Assembly (NCBI GenBank): GCA_045595795.1
Contig: JAZOBC010000024.1
Span: 3,440-67,439 of the forward strand
DNA: 64,000 nt
Source: Clostridia bacterium
Lineage (GTDB): Bacteria > Bacillota > Clostridia > UBA1381 > UBA9506
Direction: 5' to 3'
The translations under genes and the position numbers were made by a program. How positions within the stretch are numbered: the stretch's first letter is position 1; each line of letters opens with the position of its first letter. The notes beneath the pieces are model-generated. The model ran no database searches, was not told where the DNA came from, and saw only the letters and a program-made list of their open reading frames with translations. This document shows, piece after piece, positions 1 through 11,543 of this stretch.

Positions 1-1721
1 GCCAGGCAGACACATACGGAGTTCCCCGTATGGCGTATGTAAATAAAATGGACATTATGGGTGCTGACTTTTACAACGTTGTTAACATGATGAAGACTCG
101 TCTTCACTGTAATGCTGTGCCCATCCAATTGCCCATTGGCTCTGAAGACACATTTAAGGGCTTAATTGACTTAGTTAACATGAAAGCATATGTGTATTAT
201 GATGACCTTGGAAAGGATATCCGTGAGGAGGAAATCCCTGCTGATATGGCTGACAAGGCAGAAGAATACAGAAATGCACTCCTTGAATCTGTTGCTGAAA
301 CCAGCGAAGAACTCATGGAGAAATATTTAGAGGGTGAAGAGCTGACGGAGGCTGAAATTAAAAAGGCGATCCGTAAGGCTACCATTGCAAATGAAATGGT
401 TCCCGTACTCTGCGGTACTTCCTACCGTAACAAGGGTGTTCAGAAACTTCTGGACGCTGTTGTTGAGTATATGCCCTCCCCCGTCGACATTCCTGCTATC
501 CGCGGTGTGAACGAAGATGGCGAAGAGGTGGAAAGTCCTTCTTCAGACGATGCTCCTTTTGCAGCACTCGCCTTTAAGATTATGACTGACCCCTTTGTTG
601 GTAAGCTCTGCTTCTTCCGTGTGTATTCCGGTACACTGGATGCAGGCTCCCACATCTTAAACTCCACAAAGGATAACAAGGAACGTATCGGTCGTATTCT
701 GCAGATGCACGCAAATGACAGAAAAGATATTGACAAGGTTTATTCCGGTGATATCGCTGCTGCTGTTGGTCTTAAGAACACCACCACCGGCGACACACTG
801 TGTGACCCCGGTCATCCCATCATCTTGGAATCCATGGAATTCCCCGATCCTGTTATTCGTGTTGCCATTGAGCCTAAGACTAAAGAAGGTCAGGAAAAGA
901 TGGGTATTGCTTTGGCAAAGCTTGCTGAAGAAGATCCCACATTCCAGACATATACCGATGAGGATACAGGTCAAACCATCATCGCAGGTATGGGTGAGTT
1001 ACACCTTGAAATTATCGTTGACAGACTGCTTCGTGAATTCAAGCTTGAGGCTAACGTTGGTAAGCCTCAGGTATCTTATAAAGAGACCATTCGCAAGCCT
1101 GTTGATGTTGAAAACAAATATGCTAGACAGTCCGGTGGTAAGGGTCAGTACGGTCATGTACTCATGAAGGTTGAGCCCTTAGAAGCTGGTAGTGGCTACG
1201 AATTTGTTAACAAAATTGTCGGTGGTGCGATTCCCAAGGAATACATCCCCGCTGTTGATGCCGGTGTTCAGGGCGCAATGCTGTCCGGTGTGCTGGCAGG
1301 CTACAATGTAGTTGACGTACGCGTTACGCTGTATGACGGTTCATACCACGAAGTTGACTCCTCTGAAATGGCATTTAAGATTGCCGGTTCAATGGCATTC
1401 AAAGATGCTTGCAGAAAGGGTGACCCCGTTCTGAAAGAGCCCATCATGCAGGTTGACGTTATTGTTCCCGAAGAATACATGGGTGACGTTATGGGTGACT
1501 TAAACTCCCGCCGTGGTCAGATCCAGGGTATGGAGGCTCGCCCGGGTGCACAGGCAATTTCTGCTTTTGTTCCCCTGTCTGAGATGTTTGGTTATGCAAC
1601 CGACCTGCGTTCAAAAACACAGGGCCGCGGTCAGTATACCATGCAGCCCAGCCACTATGAAGAAGTTCCCAAGAGCATTCAGGAACAAATTATTTCTTCA
1701 AGAGCTAAGAAGGAAGCTTAA
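1..1721 (+). CDS. fusA: Elongation factor G, 5' end cut by window edge
   Basis: Frame is open from nt 3 ([18 protein letters not shown]4 NKxD motif). EF-G domains II-V follow and the stop is at 1719-1721. tuf follows, as in the str operon. Confidence 0.97.
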   Translation, partial: QADTYGVPRMAYVNKMDIMGADFYNVVNMMKTRLHCNAVPIQLPIGSEDTFKGLIDLVNMKAYVYYDDLGKDIREEEIPADMADKAEEYRNALLESVAETSEELMEKYLEGEELTEAEIKKAIRKATIANEMVPVLCGTSYRNKGVQKLLDAVVEYMPSPVDIPAIRGVNEDGEEVESPSSDDAPFAALAFKIMTDPFVGKLCFFRVYSGTLDAGSHILNSTKDNKERIGRILQMHANDRKDIDKVYSGDIAAAVGLKNTTTGDTLCDPGHPIILESMEFPDPVIRVAIEPKTKEGQEKMGIALAKLAEEDPTFQTYTDEDTGQTIIAGMGELHLEIIVDRLLREFKLEANVGKPQVSYKETIRKPVDVENKYARQSGGKGQYGHVLMKVEPLEAGSGYEFVNKIVGGAIPKEYIPAVDAGVQGAMLSGVLAGYNVVDVRVTLYDGSYHEVDSSEMAFKIAGSMAFKDACRKGDPVLKEPIMQVDVIVPEEYMGDVMGDLNSRRGQIQGMEARPGAQAISAFVPLSEMFGYATDLRSKTQGRGQYTMQPSHYEEVPKSIQEQIISSRAKKEA

Positions 1722-1741
1722 GGAAAAGTTTTGTAAACTAC

Positions 1742-1770
1742 TTGATTTTTCCTGTAAAAAAAGGTACAAT
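1742..1770 (+). promoter_or_regulatory. Sigma-A type promoter in the fusA-tuf spacer
   Basis: TTGATT (1742-1747), 17-nt spacer, TACAAT (1765-1770), about 55 nt upstream of the tuf ATG. Confidence 0.45.
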
Positions 1771-1823
1771 GAATGTATCACAGTTAAAAATTATTTAATT
1801 TTAAAAAATAGGAGGCTAATCAA

Positions 1824-3026
1824 ATGGCTAAGGCTAAATTCGAAAGAAACAAACCGCACGTTAACATTGGTACCATTGGTCACGTTGACCATGGTAAGAC
1901 CACTCTGACCGCTGCTATCACCAAGACTCTGAGCTTGACCGGCGGTGCTGAATTCAAGGCATACGACCAGATCGACGGTGCTCCCGAAGAAAGAGAAAGA
2001 GGTATTACCATTTCTACTGCACACGTTGAGTACGAAACCGCTAACAGACACTATGCACACGATGGCTGCCCCGGACATGCTGACTACGTTAAGAACATGA
2101 TCACCGGTGCTGCTCAGATGGACGGTGCAATCTTGGTTGTATCTGCTGCTGACGGTCCCATGCCCCAGACCAGAGAACACATCCTGCTGGCTAGACAGGT
2201 AGGCGTTCCCTACATCGTTGTTTACATGAACAAGGCTGACCAGGTTGACGATCCTGAACTGTTAGAGCTGGTTGAAATGGAAATCAGAGAACTGCTCAAT
2301 GAGTATGAATTCCCCGGCGATGATACTCCTATCGTTGTTGGTTCTGCTCTGCAGGCTCTGGAATGTGCTACCAACAACAACAGCGCTCCTGAATATGAAT
2401 CTATCATGAAGCTGATGGAAGCTGTTGACTCTTATATCCCCGAACCCGAAAGAAAGACTGACCTGCCCTTCCTGATGCCCGTCGAAGACGTATTCTCCAT
2501 CACCGGTCGTGGTACTGTTGCTACCGGTCGTGTAGAAAGAGGAACTTTGAAGGTTAATGACGAAGTTGAACTCGTTGGTCTGGTTGACGAAGTTAGAAAA
2601 ATCGTTGTTACTGGCGTTGAAATGTTCAGAAAGCTTCTGGATCAGGCTGAAGCCGGCGATAACATCGGTGCTCTGCTCCGTGGTGTTCAGAAGAACGAAA
2701 TCGAAAGAGGCCAGGTTCTGGCTAAGCCCGGTTCCATTCAGTGCCACACTCAGTTCAAGGGTGAAGTTTATGTCCTGTCTAAGGAAGAAGGCGGACGTCA
2801 TACTCCGTTCTTTAACAACTACAGACCCCAGTTCTATTTCAGAACAACTGACGTTACCGGCGTAATTAAATTACCCGAAGGCGTTGAAATGTGCATGCCT
2901 GGCGATAACGTTTCCATGGAAGTTGAACTGATCACTCCGATCGCTATCGAAGAAGGTCTGCGTTTCGCTATCCGTGAAGGCGGCAGAACTGTTGGTTCCG
3001 GCGTTGTATCCGCTATCAGCAAATAA
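1824..3026 (+). CDS. tuf: Elongation factor Tu
   Basis: 400 aa starting [27 protein letters not shown], with NKAD and GSAL motifs. RBS AGGAGG lies upstream. The G3 motif reads HDGCPGH rather than HVDCPGH (see findings). Confidence 0.97.
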   Translation: MAKAKFERNKPHVNIGTIGHVDHGKTTLTAAITKTLSLTGGAEFKAYDQIDGAPEERERGITISTAHVEYETANRHYAHDGCPGHADYVKNMITGAAQMDGAILVVSAADGPMPQTREHILLARQVGVPYIVVYMNKADQVDDPELLELVEMEIRELLNEYEFPGDDTPIVVGSALQALECATNNNSAPEYESIMKLMEAVDSYIPEPERKTDLPFLMPVEDVFSITGRGTVATGRVERGTLKVNDEVELVGLVDEVRKIVVTGVEMFRKLLDQAEAGDNIGALLRGVQKNEIERGQVLAKPGSIQCHTQFKGEVYVLSKEEGGRHTPFFNNYRPQFYFRTTDVTGVIKLPEGVEMCMPGDNVSMEVELITPIAIEEGLRFAIREGGRTVGSGVVSAISK

Positions 3027-3042
3027 GTTTAACCGCTTATAT

Positions 3043-3082
3043 AAGAAGTCGAAAATCCAATGGATTTTCGACTTCTTTTTTT
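3043..3082. terminator. Bidirectional intrinsic terminator between tuf and yqfD
   Basis: Perfect 17-nt arms AAGAAGTCGAAAATCCA / TGGATTTTCGACTTCTT followed by a T-run. It lies between two convergent genes. Confidence 0.85.
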
Positions 3083-4268
3083 ACTCTAAATATATCTTTT
3101 GGGCAATGTCTTCTAAGTATTCTGCTACCACCGTGACCTCTATGGTGTCTTCATCAATTACCTCATAGCTTGAATCTAAATTGACAACACCAGCATTGGC
3201 TGACGTCTGCTCATCAAGCTCTGCACTAAGCTGTAGAGCACCACTCTCTGCCACGCGCTCCGGCGATAATTTCTCATAGGTTGTTGTCTGCTCGTTAAAT
3301 TGATGACAGGTCATACCTATCCCAAGATATTTCCCAAAAAAACTCAGTTCTCGTTCCGTTATCGTCTCCGTATATTCTAAAAATTCCGTTTCATCCTTAA
3401 AAAACAGATTCACATTCCAGCCAAACAAATGAAGAGTCACTTTTTTCTCAACTGCACCTGTTTCATTTTTCTTCGGTGTCCACAGTGAAAAGGCTTTCGT
3501 TTTTTCATACCAAACACGAGCATATATCTCGGCTTCAGACTGAACCTTTCGCGGCTCAACACCCTTTTCGCTCACCAATAGCCCATTGACTAAAATGTCC
3601 CCCCGCCGAACCGTATCCCCCAGTGCAATCATAGGCTCGCCGCTTTTCACAATCATAGAATCAATCACACCATCTTTGCTTGCCACAACGTTGCAAAATG
3701 CATGTGGGTCATACATTTCGGGTACCGGTACTTTTTCTTTCACCTGAACCATTACCTTAGACCCGCTTTTATCGGCCCAAAGCCAGGCAAGCTCCGGCAC
3801 CTGTATCAGCATTTTATTTTGCAGCTTCTTTTCATCTAAAAACGGTCTAAAGGCACCAATTCGCAATCCGCATCGTTCCAATTCTTCCCTGACCACCGCA
3901 GCTGAGACGTTTTCGCAACCGATAATTTCAATTTTCCAAATAAACTGATTCACTAAAATAAGCATCAGCAAAAAAATCCCTAAACCCAACGCAAACCATT
4001 TTCGCCTTTTTCCGCGTTTTAAAATAGCCGGTAAGCCACACTTCTTAACGATCTTGATTTGTACACCGGTTTTTCTGGCGATGGGTGGTAACAGTCGAAA
4101 CCCACGGTTGCTGATACAACAGCGAAGCATAGTCTGTGAGCAGGAAAACAAATCCCAAATTAAGATGTGACGGTTGGTGCAAACGTTTAAAAAACGTTCC
4201 GGATACTGACCTGTTACCGTAATGACCAGATACCCACGCAAATATTGAAATAACCGGGTTAAAAACAC
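3081..4268 (-). CDS. yqfD: Sporulation protein YqfD (stage IV-type)
   Basis: 395 aa. The N-terminus MFLTRLFQYLRGYLVITVTGQYPERFLN, one central TM segment and the position directly downstream of yqfC match the YqfD family. Confidence 0.85.
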   Translation of the reverse strand: MFLTRLFQYLRGYLVITVTGQYPERFLNVCTNRHILIWDLFSCSQTMLRCCISNRGFRLLPPIARKTGVQIKIVKKCGLPAILKRGKRRKWFALGLGIFLLMLILVNQFIWKIEIIGCENVSAAVVREELERCGLRIGAFRPFLDEKKLQNKMLIQVPELAWLWADKSGSKVMVQVKEKVPVPEMYDPHAFCNVVASKDGVIDSMIVKSGEPMIALGDTVRRGDILVNGLLVSEKGVEPRKVQSEAEIYARVWYEKTKAFSLWTPKKNETGAVEKKVTLHLFGWNVNLFFKDETEFLEYTETITERELSFFGKYLGIGMTCHQFNEQTTTYEKLSPERVAESGALQLSAELDEQTSANAGVVNLDSSYEVIDEDTIEVTVVAEYLEDIAQKIYLE

Positions 4269-4282
4269 GACAGCAACCTCCT

Positions 4283-4564
4283 TTAGTGCAGCGAAACGCT
4301 TAAAATGATGCCCCTTACCAAAATTTCCTCATCTGTAATTGCCACAATCTGTAGGTCTCGGCCACCAATCACAATACGATATTGCTTACTATGCAGCCGA
4401 ATCTCTGTGGGTTCATATCCTTCAATGCTTTTATAATTCTCAACCGTGAGTTCCCGATTATCATTCAGCGTAATGCGCGGCACATCTGCCACCATATCTA
4501 GCGGCACATCCAAAAATCCTGATATGCGCTGTGCCATATTTTTCTTCTCTGTTCTTTTTTTCAT
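4283..4564 (-). CDS. yqfC: Sporulation protein YqfC (YabP/YqfC family)
   Basis: 93 aa, DVPRITLNDNRELTVENYKSIEGYEPTEIRL pattern, immediately upstream of yqfD. Confidence 0.8.
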   Translation of the reverse strand: MKKRTEKKNMAQRISGFLDVPLDMVADVPRITLNDNRELTVENYKSIEGYEPTEIRLHSKQYRIVIGGRDLQIVAITDEEILVRGIILSVSLH

Positions 4565-4644
4565 GTTATGACCACCTCATATGTTATTTTTATGCGTCCA
4601 CACTCATAATCATTACCATAAACCCGAGAAGGAGGTCGCAACAC

Positions 4645-5736
4645 ATGAAATATCATTTTTCTGCTCATTCAGTAAGAAAACTACTGCTCTACATCGGCAT
4701 TTGGCTCCTGATACTCTTGCAAGTGCTGCGCTCTGAAACCGTTATCCAAGCTACGCAAGGCGCCTTGATACTTTGCTTTAAAACGGTCATTCCATCGCTG
4801 TTTCCTTTTTTCGTACTGTCCTCGTTGCTATCCGGCAGCTTTGCCTATCACCTTGCCAGGCTTTGTTCCCCCATCATGTTCCCTATCTTTCGCGTTGGTG
4901 GTGCCGGTGCACTGCCACTTATAATGGGCATTATCAGCGGCTATCCGACCGGCGCAAAAATCACCGCCGAGCTCTATGCATCCCGATTATTGAATCAAGA
5001 CGAAGCAAAACGATTACTGCCCTTTACCAACAATTCCGGTCCCTTATTCATCATTGGTGCCATCGGTACAGGTATGTTAAACTCTCCTACGTTGGGGTGC
5101 TTTTTATATGTCATCCATGCCCTCTGCGCGATTTTAGTGGGACTATGCATGCGGTTTTACCCGTCAAGAAATTCTTTCAGTCAAAGACGCCAAGCCGGCA
5201 CACCACAACCACCTTCTGTCTCTTTATCTGATGCAATTACAAAAAGCGTGCATACCATGCTGATGGTCTGCGGATTCATTCTTTTTTTTGCCGCTGTTAC
5301 TGCCTGCCTCACGCCGCTTTTAAATGCCTGCCTGCCATCATGGGCGGTCACACTGGTGCAAAGCGCGATTGAAATTACAAGGGGTGCTTCCCTCATCATA
5401 CAAGGCGAGTATCCCATGCGCCTGACTTTGACTCTGCTTTCCTTTTTCATTGGCTTTGGAGGTATCAGCGTGATGATGCAGGTAGCCGGCATCCTTACCC
5501 TCTATGGCTTACCACTGAAAACCTATTGGATGGGTAAACTGCTCCACGGCATTTTTTCTGCCATTTTTGCCTATGCCGCTTTCCCCATGATTTCAGATCG
5601 CGCGGTGCCAACAATGGTTCAAAATTCACCCAATAGCCACCTCCTTGCTGAGTCATTCCCTGCGTGGTTGTCCACTGCTGCTGTGGTCATTTGCTTTCTG
5701 CTATTTTTTAAAACCAAACGGCACTTCAAAAGCTGA
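4645..5736 (+). CDS. ylbJ: Sporulation integral membrane protein YlbJ-like (nucleoside-recognition/Gate domains)
   Basis: Start moved to ATG 4645 behind RBS GAAGGAGG, because the track start at 4531 overlaps yqfC. Polytopic membrane protein with a VIPSLFPFFVLSSLL motif. Confidence 0.7.
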   Translation: MKYHFSAHSVRKLLLYIGIWLLILLQVLRSETVIQATQGALILCFKTVIPSLFPFFVLSSLLSGSFAYHLARLCSPIMFPIFRVGGAGALPLIMGIISGYPTGAKITAELYASRLLNQDEAKRLLPFTNNSGPLFIIGAIGTGMLNSPTLGCFLYVIHALCAILVGLCMRFYPSRNSFSQRRQAGTPQPPSVSLSDAITKSVHTMLMVCGFILFFAAVTACLTPLLNACLPSWAVTLVQSAIEITRGASLIIQGEYPMRLTLTLLSFFIGFGGISVMMQVAGILTLYGLPLKTYWMGKLLHGIFSAIFAYAAFPMISDRAVPTMVQNSPNSHLLAESFPAWLSTAAVVICFLLFFKTKRHFKS

Positions 5737-5847
5737 TACAGATGCATGCTTTTTACCTAAAATAATGTAGAAATGGAATAATTGACTGTCTTTTTGCATA
5801 CATATATATGTGTGTATGTTTTACGAACCATAAAGGACGATGATGAG

Positions 5848-7755
5848 ATGACAGAACAAAATAAATCACTTCACACAGAACTTGAACTGTTTCATAAAGG
5901 AGAGCAATTCCACGCCTATCGCTTTATGGGAGTTCATCCCGCTCAAAAAGAAACATATCGATTTTTACTTTGGGCCCCTAACGCAAAAAGCGTCTCTGTT
6001 GTGGGTGATTTTAATGGCTGGAACCGAGACAGCCACCCCATGACAAAAATTACGGACGCTGGTATTTGGGAAGCAACCATTGGCGGCCTTTCCGACTTTG
6101 CCATGTATAAATATTCTTTGGAAACGCCTCAGGGTAAAATTCATCTGAAAGCCGATCCATATGGTGTTCACTTTGAAACACGCCCAGGCACTGCAACAAA
6201 GATATATAACCTGACCGGCTTTCCCTGGACAGATGGGGCATATCGCAGAAAAAAACTGAAGCAAAATCCATTACAACGTCCCATGAACATCTATGAAGTG
6301 CATATTGGTTCCTGGAGACGGTATGCCGACGGTCAGTGCTTTAGCTATCAAAAGCTCGCCAGCGAGCTGATTCCTTATGTAAAACAAATGGGCTATACGC
6401 ACATCGAGCTGATGCCCGTGAGTGAATATCCATATCACGGCTCCTGGGGCTATCAGGTGACCGGTTATTATGCCCCCACCTCCCGCTATGGAACGCCTCA
6501 CGACTTCATGCAGTTTGTAGATAGCTGCCATGCCGCAGGGATTGGCGTGATTATTGACTGGGTGGCAGCACATTTTCCAAAGGATGCCATGGGACTCTAT
6601 GAATTTGACGGCACCTGCTGCTATGAGTATGCCGACCCCCTGATGAATGAGCATCCCGACTGGGGCACACGGATTTTTGATTATGCCCGGGGTGAGGTGC
6701 AATCCTTTTTAATCTCAAATGTGTTGTTCTTTTTAGAGCACTACCACGTAGACGGCATCCGCGTTGATGCAGTGGCCTCTATGCTCTATTTGGATTACGG
6801 CAAGCAAATGGGAAACTGGCGTCCTAATGAATATGGTGGCAACGAAAATTTGGGAGCTGTGGCGTTTTTGCAAAAGCTGAACAAAGCGGCCTATGCCTTT
6901 GACCCCTCTGTTTTAATGATTGCCGAAGAATCCACTGCCTGGCCCATGGTCACCAAACCACCGGAAGATGGTGGTTTGGGCTTTTTGCTGAAATGGAACA
7001 TGGGCTGGATGAACGACATGCTTTCCTATATGTCGAAAGACCCCTATTTTCGCAGCGGTTCTCACAACCTGATAACCTTTTCCATGACCTATGCTTTTTC
7101 AGAGAACTATGTGCTGCCCCTATCCCATGATGAGGTTGTGCACGGCAAATGTTCCTTGATTCAAAAAATGCCGGGAGGCTACGAGCAAAAATTTGCAAAT
7201 CTGCGAGCTTTCTTGGCCTATCAGATGGCCCACCCCGGCAAAAAACTCTTATTTATGGGCGGTGAATTTGCCCAGTTTATTGAGTGGAATTATCAAAAAG
7301 AACTGGATTGGCTGCTGCTGGATTATGATTATCATCGCAAGTTCCACATTTTTGTGAAAACCCTGAATCAACTATATATAAAAAAATCGCCTCTTTGGCA
7401 GGTTGATGATAGCTGGGAGGGATTTACGTGGATTGTCACAGATGATTATACCCAGAATATTCTCGCCTTTATCCGTCGTGACAAAAAAGGAAAAGAGCTG
7501 CTTTGTGTCTTTAATTTTTCTCCTGTTCTGCGGGAAAATTATCGCTTAGGCATGCCCCATCCCTCGCGGATACACTGTATTTTTTCTTCTGACGATTTGC
7601 TATTTGGCGGTGAGGGCACCAAGCTGAAATCAGCGACCACAAAAGCTCTTCCCTCTCATGGCTTTGACCAGAGCCTAATTGTAACGGTGGCTCCCATGTC
7701 TGCCGCTTATTATAATGTGAAGCATTTAGAAATACAAAAAGGAGATGAAGCATGA
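5848..7755 (+). CDS. glgB: 1,4-alpha-glucan branching enzyme (GH13)
   Basis: GH13 regions such as [15 protein letters not shown] and the typical GlgB length. ATG 5848 follows AAAGGA. First gene of the glg operon. Confidence 0.95.
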   Translation: MTEQNKSLHTELELFHKGEQFHAYRFMGVHPAQKETYRFLLWAPNAKSVSVVGDFNGWNRDSHPMTKITDAGIWEATIGGLSDFAMYKYSLETPQGKIHLKADPYGVHFETRPGTATKIYNLTGFPWTDGAYRRKKLKQNPLQRPMNIYEVHIGSWRRYADGQCFSYQKLASELIPYVKQMGYTHIELMPVSEYPYHGSWGYQVTGYYAPTSRYGTPHDFMQFVDSCHAAGIGVIIDWVAAHFPKDAMGLYEFDGTCCYEYADPLMNEHPDWGTRIFDYARGEVQSFLISNVLFFLEHYHVDGIRVDAVASMLYLDYGKQMGNWRPNEYGGNENLGAVAFLQKLNKAAYAFDPSVLMIAEESTAWPMVTKPPEDGGLGFLLKWNMGWMNDMLSYMSKDPYFRSGSHNLITFSMTYAFSENYVLPLSHDEVVHGKCSLIQKMPGGYEQKFANLRAFLAYQMAHPGKKLLFMGGEFAQFIEWNYQKELDWLLLDYDYHRKFHIFVKTLNQLYIKKSPLWQVDDSWEGFTWIVTDDYTQNILAFIRRDKKGKELLCVFNFSPVLRENYRLGMPHPSRIHCIFSSDDLLFGGEGTKLKSATTKALPSHGFDQSLIVTVAPMSAAYYNVKHLEIQKGDEA

Positions 7756-8912
7756 TGGCTGGAAAGAAATGTATTGCCATGCTGCTGGCCGGCGGTCAGG
7801 GCAGCCGTTTGGGGGCCTTGACGCGAAACATCGCCAAGCCGGCAGTGCCCTTTGGCGGCAAATACCGAATTATTGATTTCACACTGTCAAACTGTGTGAA
7901 CTCAGGTATCGACACTGTGGGCGTTCTGACACAGTATAAGCCCTTAGAGCTCAATGAATATATTGGCAACGGACAGCCCTGGGGCTTAGATCGCAACCGC
8001 GGGGGCGTGCATATTCTACAGCCTTATACCAAGATTAACTCCAAATCCTGGTATGAGGGAACTGCCAATGCCATTTTTCAAAACATTCGCTTTATTGAGC
8101 GCTATAATCCCACAAACGTTGTGGTGCTTTCCGGCGATCATATTTATAAAATGGATTACAGAGTGCTCATCAGCTTTCATGAGGAACATCATGCAGACTG
8201 CACCATTGCAGTCATTGATGTGCCAATACAGGAGGCCTCACGTTTCGGCATTATGAATGCAGATGATAGTGGCAGAATTTTAGAATTTGAAGAAAAACCC
8301 AAGCACCCCAAAAGCACAAAAGCCTCTATGGGGGTTTATGTGTTCCGTTGGGATGTGCTGAAAAAATATTTGGTGGAAGACGACAAGCAAGAAAAATCGG
8401 CTCATGACTTTGGAAAAAACATTATTCCCGCTATGCTTGTCGACAAAAAACGACTGTTTTGCCGTGAATTTGATGGTTACTGGAAAGATGTGGGTACCAC
8501 TGAAAGTCTGTGGGAAGCCAATATGGACGTGCTTAGTCCGGACTGCGGCCTGAATTTAGACGATGACGACTTGCGCATTTATGCCCGCAATTATGAAAGT
8601 CCACCCACCTACATTGAAGAAAGTGCCGTGCTGGAAAATTCTATGATTACAAAAGGCTGCTACATTGGTGGTCTCATACGTCATTCCATTATTTCAAGCG
8701 ATTGCCGGATTGAGGCAGGCGCACAAGTCATCGACTCGGTACTGTTCCCCGGAACCATTGTGAAAACAGGTGCGGTGGTACGCCATGCCATCGTCGGGCA
8801 GGGCGCCATCATTGAAGAAAATTGTCATGTAGGAAGTGACACAAAGGATAGCGAAATTCCAGAAATCACCGTCATTGGCGATAAAAAGAAAATCAGCGGA
8901 AAAACGGCATAG
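7752..8912 (+). CDS. glgC: Glucose-1-phosphate adenylyltransferase, catalytic subunit
   Basis: [13 protein letters not shown] nucleotide-binding motif and left-handed beta-helix C-terminus. ATGA overlap with the glgB stop. Confidence 0.95.
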   Translation: MMAGKKCIAMLLAGGQGSRLGALTRNIAKPAVPFGGKYRIIDFTLSNCVNSGIDTVGVLTQYKPLELNEYIGNGQPWGLDRNRGGVHILQPYTKINSKSWYEGTANAIFQNIRFIERYNPTNVVVLSGDHIYKMDYRVLISFHEEHHADCTIAVIDVPIQEASRFGIMNADDSGRILEFEEKPKHPKSTKASMGVYVFRWDVLKKYLVEDDKQEKSAHDFGKNIIPAMLVDKKRLFCREFDGYWKDVGTTESLWEANMDVLSPDCGLNLDDDDLRIYARNYESPPTYIEESAVLENSMITKGCYIGGLIRHSIISSDCRIEAGAQVIDSVLFPGTIVKTGAVVRHAIVGQGAIIEENCHVGSDTKDSEIPEITVIGDKKKISGKTA

Positions 8913-8928
8913 AAAGGAGGCCACAGCC

Positions 8929-10041
8929 ATGGACATGATGGGCATTATTTTTTCAAATATTTACGATGAGCGTTTAGGAGAAATCACCGCACAAAGAACA
9001 TTGGCCTCACTGCCCTTTGGTGGCCGATATCGACTCATTGACTTCGTTCTTTCCAACATGGTCAATTCCGGCATCACCAACGTGGGCGTGATTACCAAGC
9101 AAAACTATCAGTCTTTAATGGACCATTTAGGAAACGGGAAGGAATGGGACCTCGATAGAAAGGTTGACGGACTTTTTATTCTCCCTCCTTTCGGTCAGGG
9201 ACAAAAAAGTATTTACCGCGGCAAAATTGAAGCCCTGTGGGGTACACTGCGGTTTTTAGAACGTTCCAATGAAGAATATGTGTTGCTGGCAGATGCCAAC
9301 ATTATTTGCAACATCGACTACCGCGAGCTTTTAAAAAGGCACATTGACTCCGGTGCACAAATCAGCATGATTACCAAGCGGGAAGAAATCACCGGTCTCC
9401 ACGATTCTCGGGATTTGGTGGTGCGAAGTGATTATCATGGAAAAGTGGCAGAAGTGCTGATTCATTACAGCATCCCCGGCACCGTTAGCTGCGGCATTGG
9501 CATGTATATTATGAAGCGCCGGTTTTTGATTGAACTGCTGAAGGAATCTCATTCTTACAGTCTGGTAGATTTTGAACGGGAAATCATTCAGGCGAAATGC
9601 GGCATTTTAGACATTGCCAACTTAGAGTTTGATGGACTGATTCTTCGCATTGACAGCGTTAACAAATACTTTTCTGCCAACATGGCGCTGTTATCTTCCA
9701 AAATTCGCGACGAAATTTTCACCCGTCACGGTCAGGTTTATACCAAAGTCCGCGACGAGGTTCCCTCTCGCTATCACAAGGGCTGCAAACTGAAAAACAG
9801 CCTGATTGCCGATGGCTGCACAATCTACGGCGAAGTGGAAAATTCCATTTTGTTCAGGGGCGTCACCATAGGAGCCGGTGCAAAAATCAAAAACTGCATT
9901 TTAATGCAGGATACAAAAATTGAAGAAAATGTGGAGCTTGACTACACCATCTGCGATAAAGATGTAACCGTAACACAGGGCAGATTGTTAGTGGGCGCGC
10001 CGGCACACCAGATTATTATTACAAAAGGAAAAGTCGTGTAA
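8929..10041 (+). CDS. glgD: Glucose-1-phosphate adenylyltransferase, GlgD subunit
   Basis: GlgC paralog lacking the GxGxRL motif (LPFGGRYRLIDF is retained). ATG 8929 follows RBS AAAGGAGG. Typical Firmicute glgC-glgD pair. Confidence 0.9.
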   Translation: MDMMGIIFSNIYDERLGEITAQRTLASLPFGGRYRLIDFVLSNMVNSGITNVGVITKQNYQSLMDHLGNGKEWDLDRKVDGLFILPPFGQGQKSIYRGKIEALWGTLRFLERSNEEYVLLADANIICNIDYRELLKRHIDSGAQISMITKREEITGLHDSRDLVVRSDYHGKVAEVLIHYSIPGTVSCGIGMYIMKRRFLIELLKESHSYSLVDFEREIIQAKCGILDIANLEFDGLILRIDSVNKYFSANMALLSSKIRDEIFTRHGQVYTKVRDEVPSRYHKGCKLKNSLIADGCTIYGEVENSILFRGVTIGAGAKIKNCILMQDTKIEENVELDYTICDKDVTVTQGRLLVGAPAHQIIITKGKVV

Positions 10042-10067
10042 CATGACCACACAAAAGGAGGAAAAGC

Positions 10068-11492
10068 GTGAACGTTTTATTTGCATCAGCAGAAGCTGCA
10101 CCCTATATTAAAATTGGCGGCTTGGGCGATGTTGCCTATGCCCTGCCAAAAGAGCTCTCAAATGACAGCGACATGCATGTTGCTGTTGTTTTGCCACTCT
10201 ATCGCTCCATTAAGGAGCGTTTTGGTCATGAACTGACTTATCTGACAAACTTTACGGTCCCACTTGCCTGGCGGCAGCTTTACTGCGGTATTTTTTGCGC
10301 TAACCAAGGAAGCGTGACCTATTATTTCATAGACAATGAATATTATTTTTTCCGCGATTCGGTTTATGGTGAATACGATGACGGCGAGCGGTATGCTTTT
10401 TTTGCAAAGGCAGTTCTGGAAATGCTACAGCATATTGACTTTCGTCCCGATATCATTCATGCAAACGACTGGCAATGCGCCTTAATTCCTCTGTTTTTAA
10501 AGGCCTTTTATGGTGGTCTCGACCAATACCTGCCCATAAAAACTATGTTTACCATACATAACATAGAATATCAGGGGCAAACACCTTTTTCCTTTGCCGA
10601 AGAGGTGCTCGGATTGCCACCGGAATACATGGGTGCAATCACCTATGACGGCTGCCTGAATTTTATGTTTTCTGCCCTTTGCCTGGCAGACAAGGTAACA
10701 ACTGTTTCAAACACCTATGCCCACGAATTGCAAATGCCCTACTTTGGACGGGAAATGAGCATCGTTCTTTCCGGCATTGCCTATAAATTCTGCGGCATAA
10801 CAAACGGCATCGACACGCAGCTTTTCAATCCACAAACCGACCCGCATCTCTACCATAAATACAGCACCAAGGCCATGGGCGGTAAAAAAATAGGCAAACG
10901 ACGCCTGCGGGAATATTTAGGGCTTGCGCAGGATGAGGAAGCACCCATTTTATCTGTCGTCAGCCGTTTGGTGGGCCACAAGGGCATGGATCTCATTGAA
11001 TATGTCCGCCACGAACTGATGAAAAGGCGGGTGCAACTCATTGTGCTGGGCACCGGCGATGCACAGTATGAAAACATGTTCCGTGAGCTTGCTTATCAAT
11101 ATCCCGGTATGGTCAGCGCCAACATTCGCTTTGACAGCGACCTGGCTTCTAAAATTTATGCCGCCTCTGATTTATTCTTGATGCCCTCAAAAAGCGAGCC
11201 ATGTGGTCTTTCTCAAATGATTGCCATGCGCTATGGTGCCATTCCTATTGTTCGGGAAACCGGTGGATTAAAAGACACCGTCTGGCCCATTGACCCGACG
11301 TCAGCTCAGGGTAGAGGCTTCACTTTTAAAAGCTATAATGCACATGACATGTTAAACGCCATTGACCGAGCTCTTCATTTTTATTACGAACAAAAAACAG
11401 AATATAAACGCATTGTCCGTTCCAACATGGAAACGGACTTCGGTTGGAGAGATGCCGCAGAGCTATATAAAGGCATCTATCGCTCCATGTAA
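10068..11492 (+). CDS. glgA: Glycogen synthase (GT5)
   Basis: N-terminal SAEAAPYIKIGGLGDV (KxGGL motif), 474 aa, GTG start behind AAAGGAGG. Confidence 0.95.
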   Translation: MNVLFASAEAAPYIKIGGLGDVAYALPKELSNDSDMHVAVVLPLYRSIKERFGHELTYLTNFTVPLAWRQLYCGIFCANQGSVTYYFIDNEYYFFRDSVYGEYDDGERYAFFAKAVLEMLQHIDFRPDIIHANDWQCALIPLFLKAFYGGLDQYLPIKTMFTIHNIEYQGQTPFSFAEEVLGLPPEYMGAITYDGCLNFMFSALCLADKVTTVSNTYAHELQMPYFGREMSIVLSGIAYKFCGITNGIDTQLFNPQTDPHLYHKYSTKAMGGKKIGKRRLREYLGLAQDEEAPILSVVSRLVGHKGMDLIEYVRHELMKRRVQLIVLGTGDAQYENMFRELAYQYPGMVSANIRFDSDLASKIYAASDLFLMPSKSEPCGLSQMIAMRYGAIPIVRETGGLKDTVWPIDPTSAQGRGFTFKSYNAHDMLNAIDRALHFYYEQKTEYKRIVRSNMETDFGWRDAAELYKGIYRSM

Positions 11493-11543
11493 AAATTGTC
11501 ATTATGTTTGGCCGCAGCAAGTAAGCGGCAGAAAGGCAGAGCT

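Noticed and set aside
197-1167. Track ORFs 197-385(-), 440-736(-), 657-974(-) and 715-1167(+) inside fusA. The same kind of ORF occurs inside tuf, the glg genes, mfd, groEL, the EF-G paralog and others.
   Set aside because: They overlap, antisense or out of frame, with strongly supported conserved genes. Their products are low-complexity and they have no RBS. They are shadow ORFs.
4531-4644. Long start of ylbJ at 4531, and similar long starts for glgD (8836), glgP (11496), hflX (56586), cca (33230), dac (38074), the WG-repeat gene (39851) and YjbQ2 (46788).
   Set aside because: These extensions overlap the neighbouring gene or a promoter and lack an RBS. Internal starts with good RBS give N-termini typical of the families.
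5737-5847. Sigma-E-type sporulation promoter upstream of glgB (CATACATA as the -10).
   Set aside because: Only the -10-like element matches. The -35 region (GAATAATT) is a poor fit and the AT-rich context makes chance matches likely. It is mentioned only as a note in the glycogen finding.
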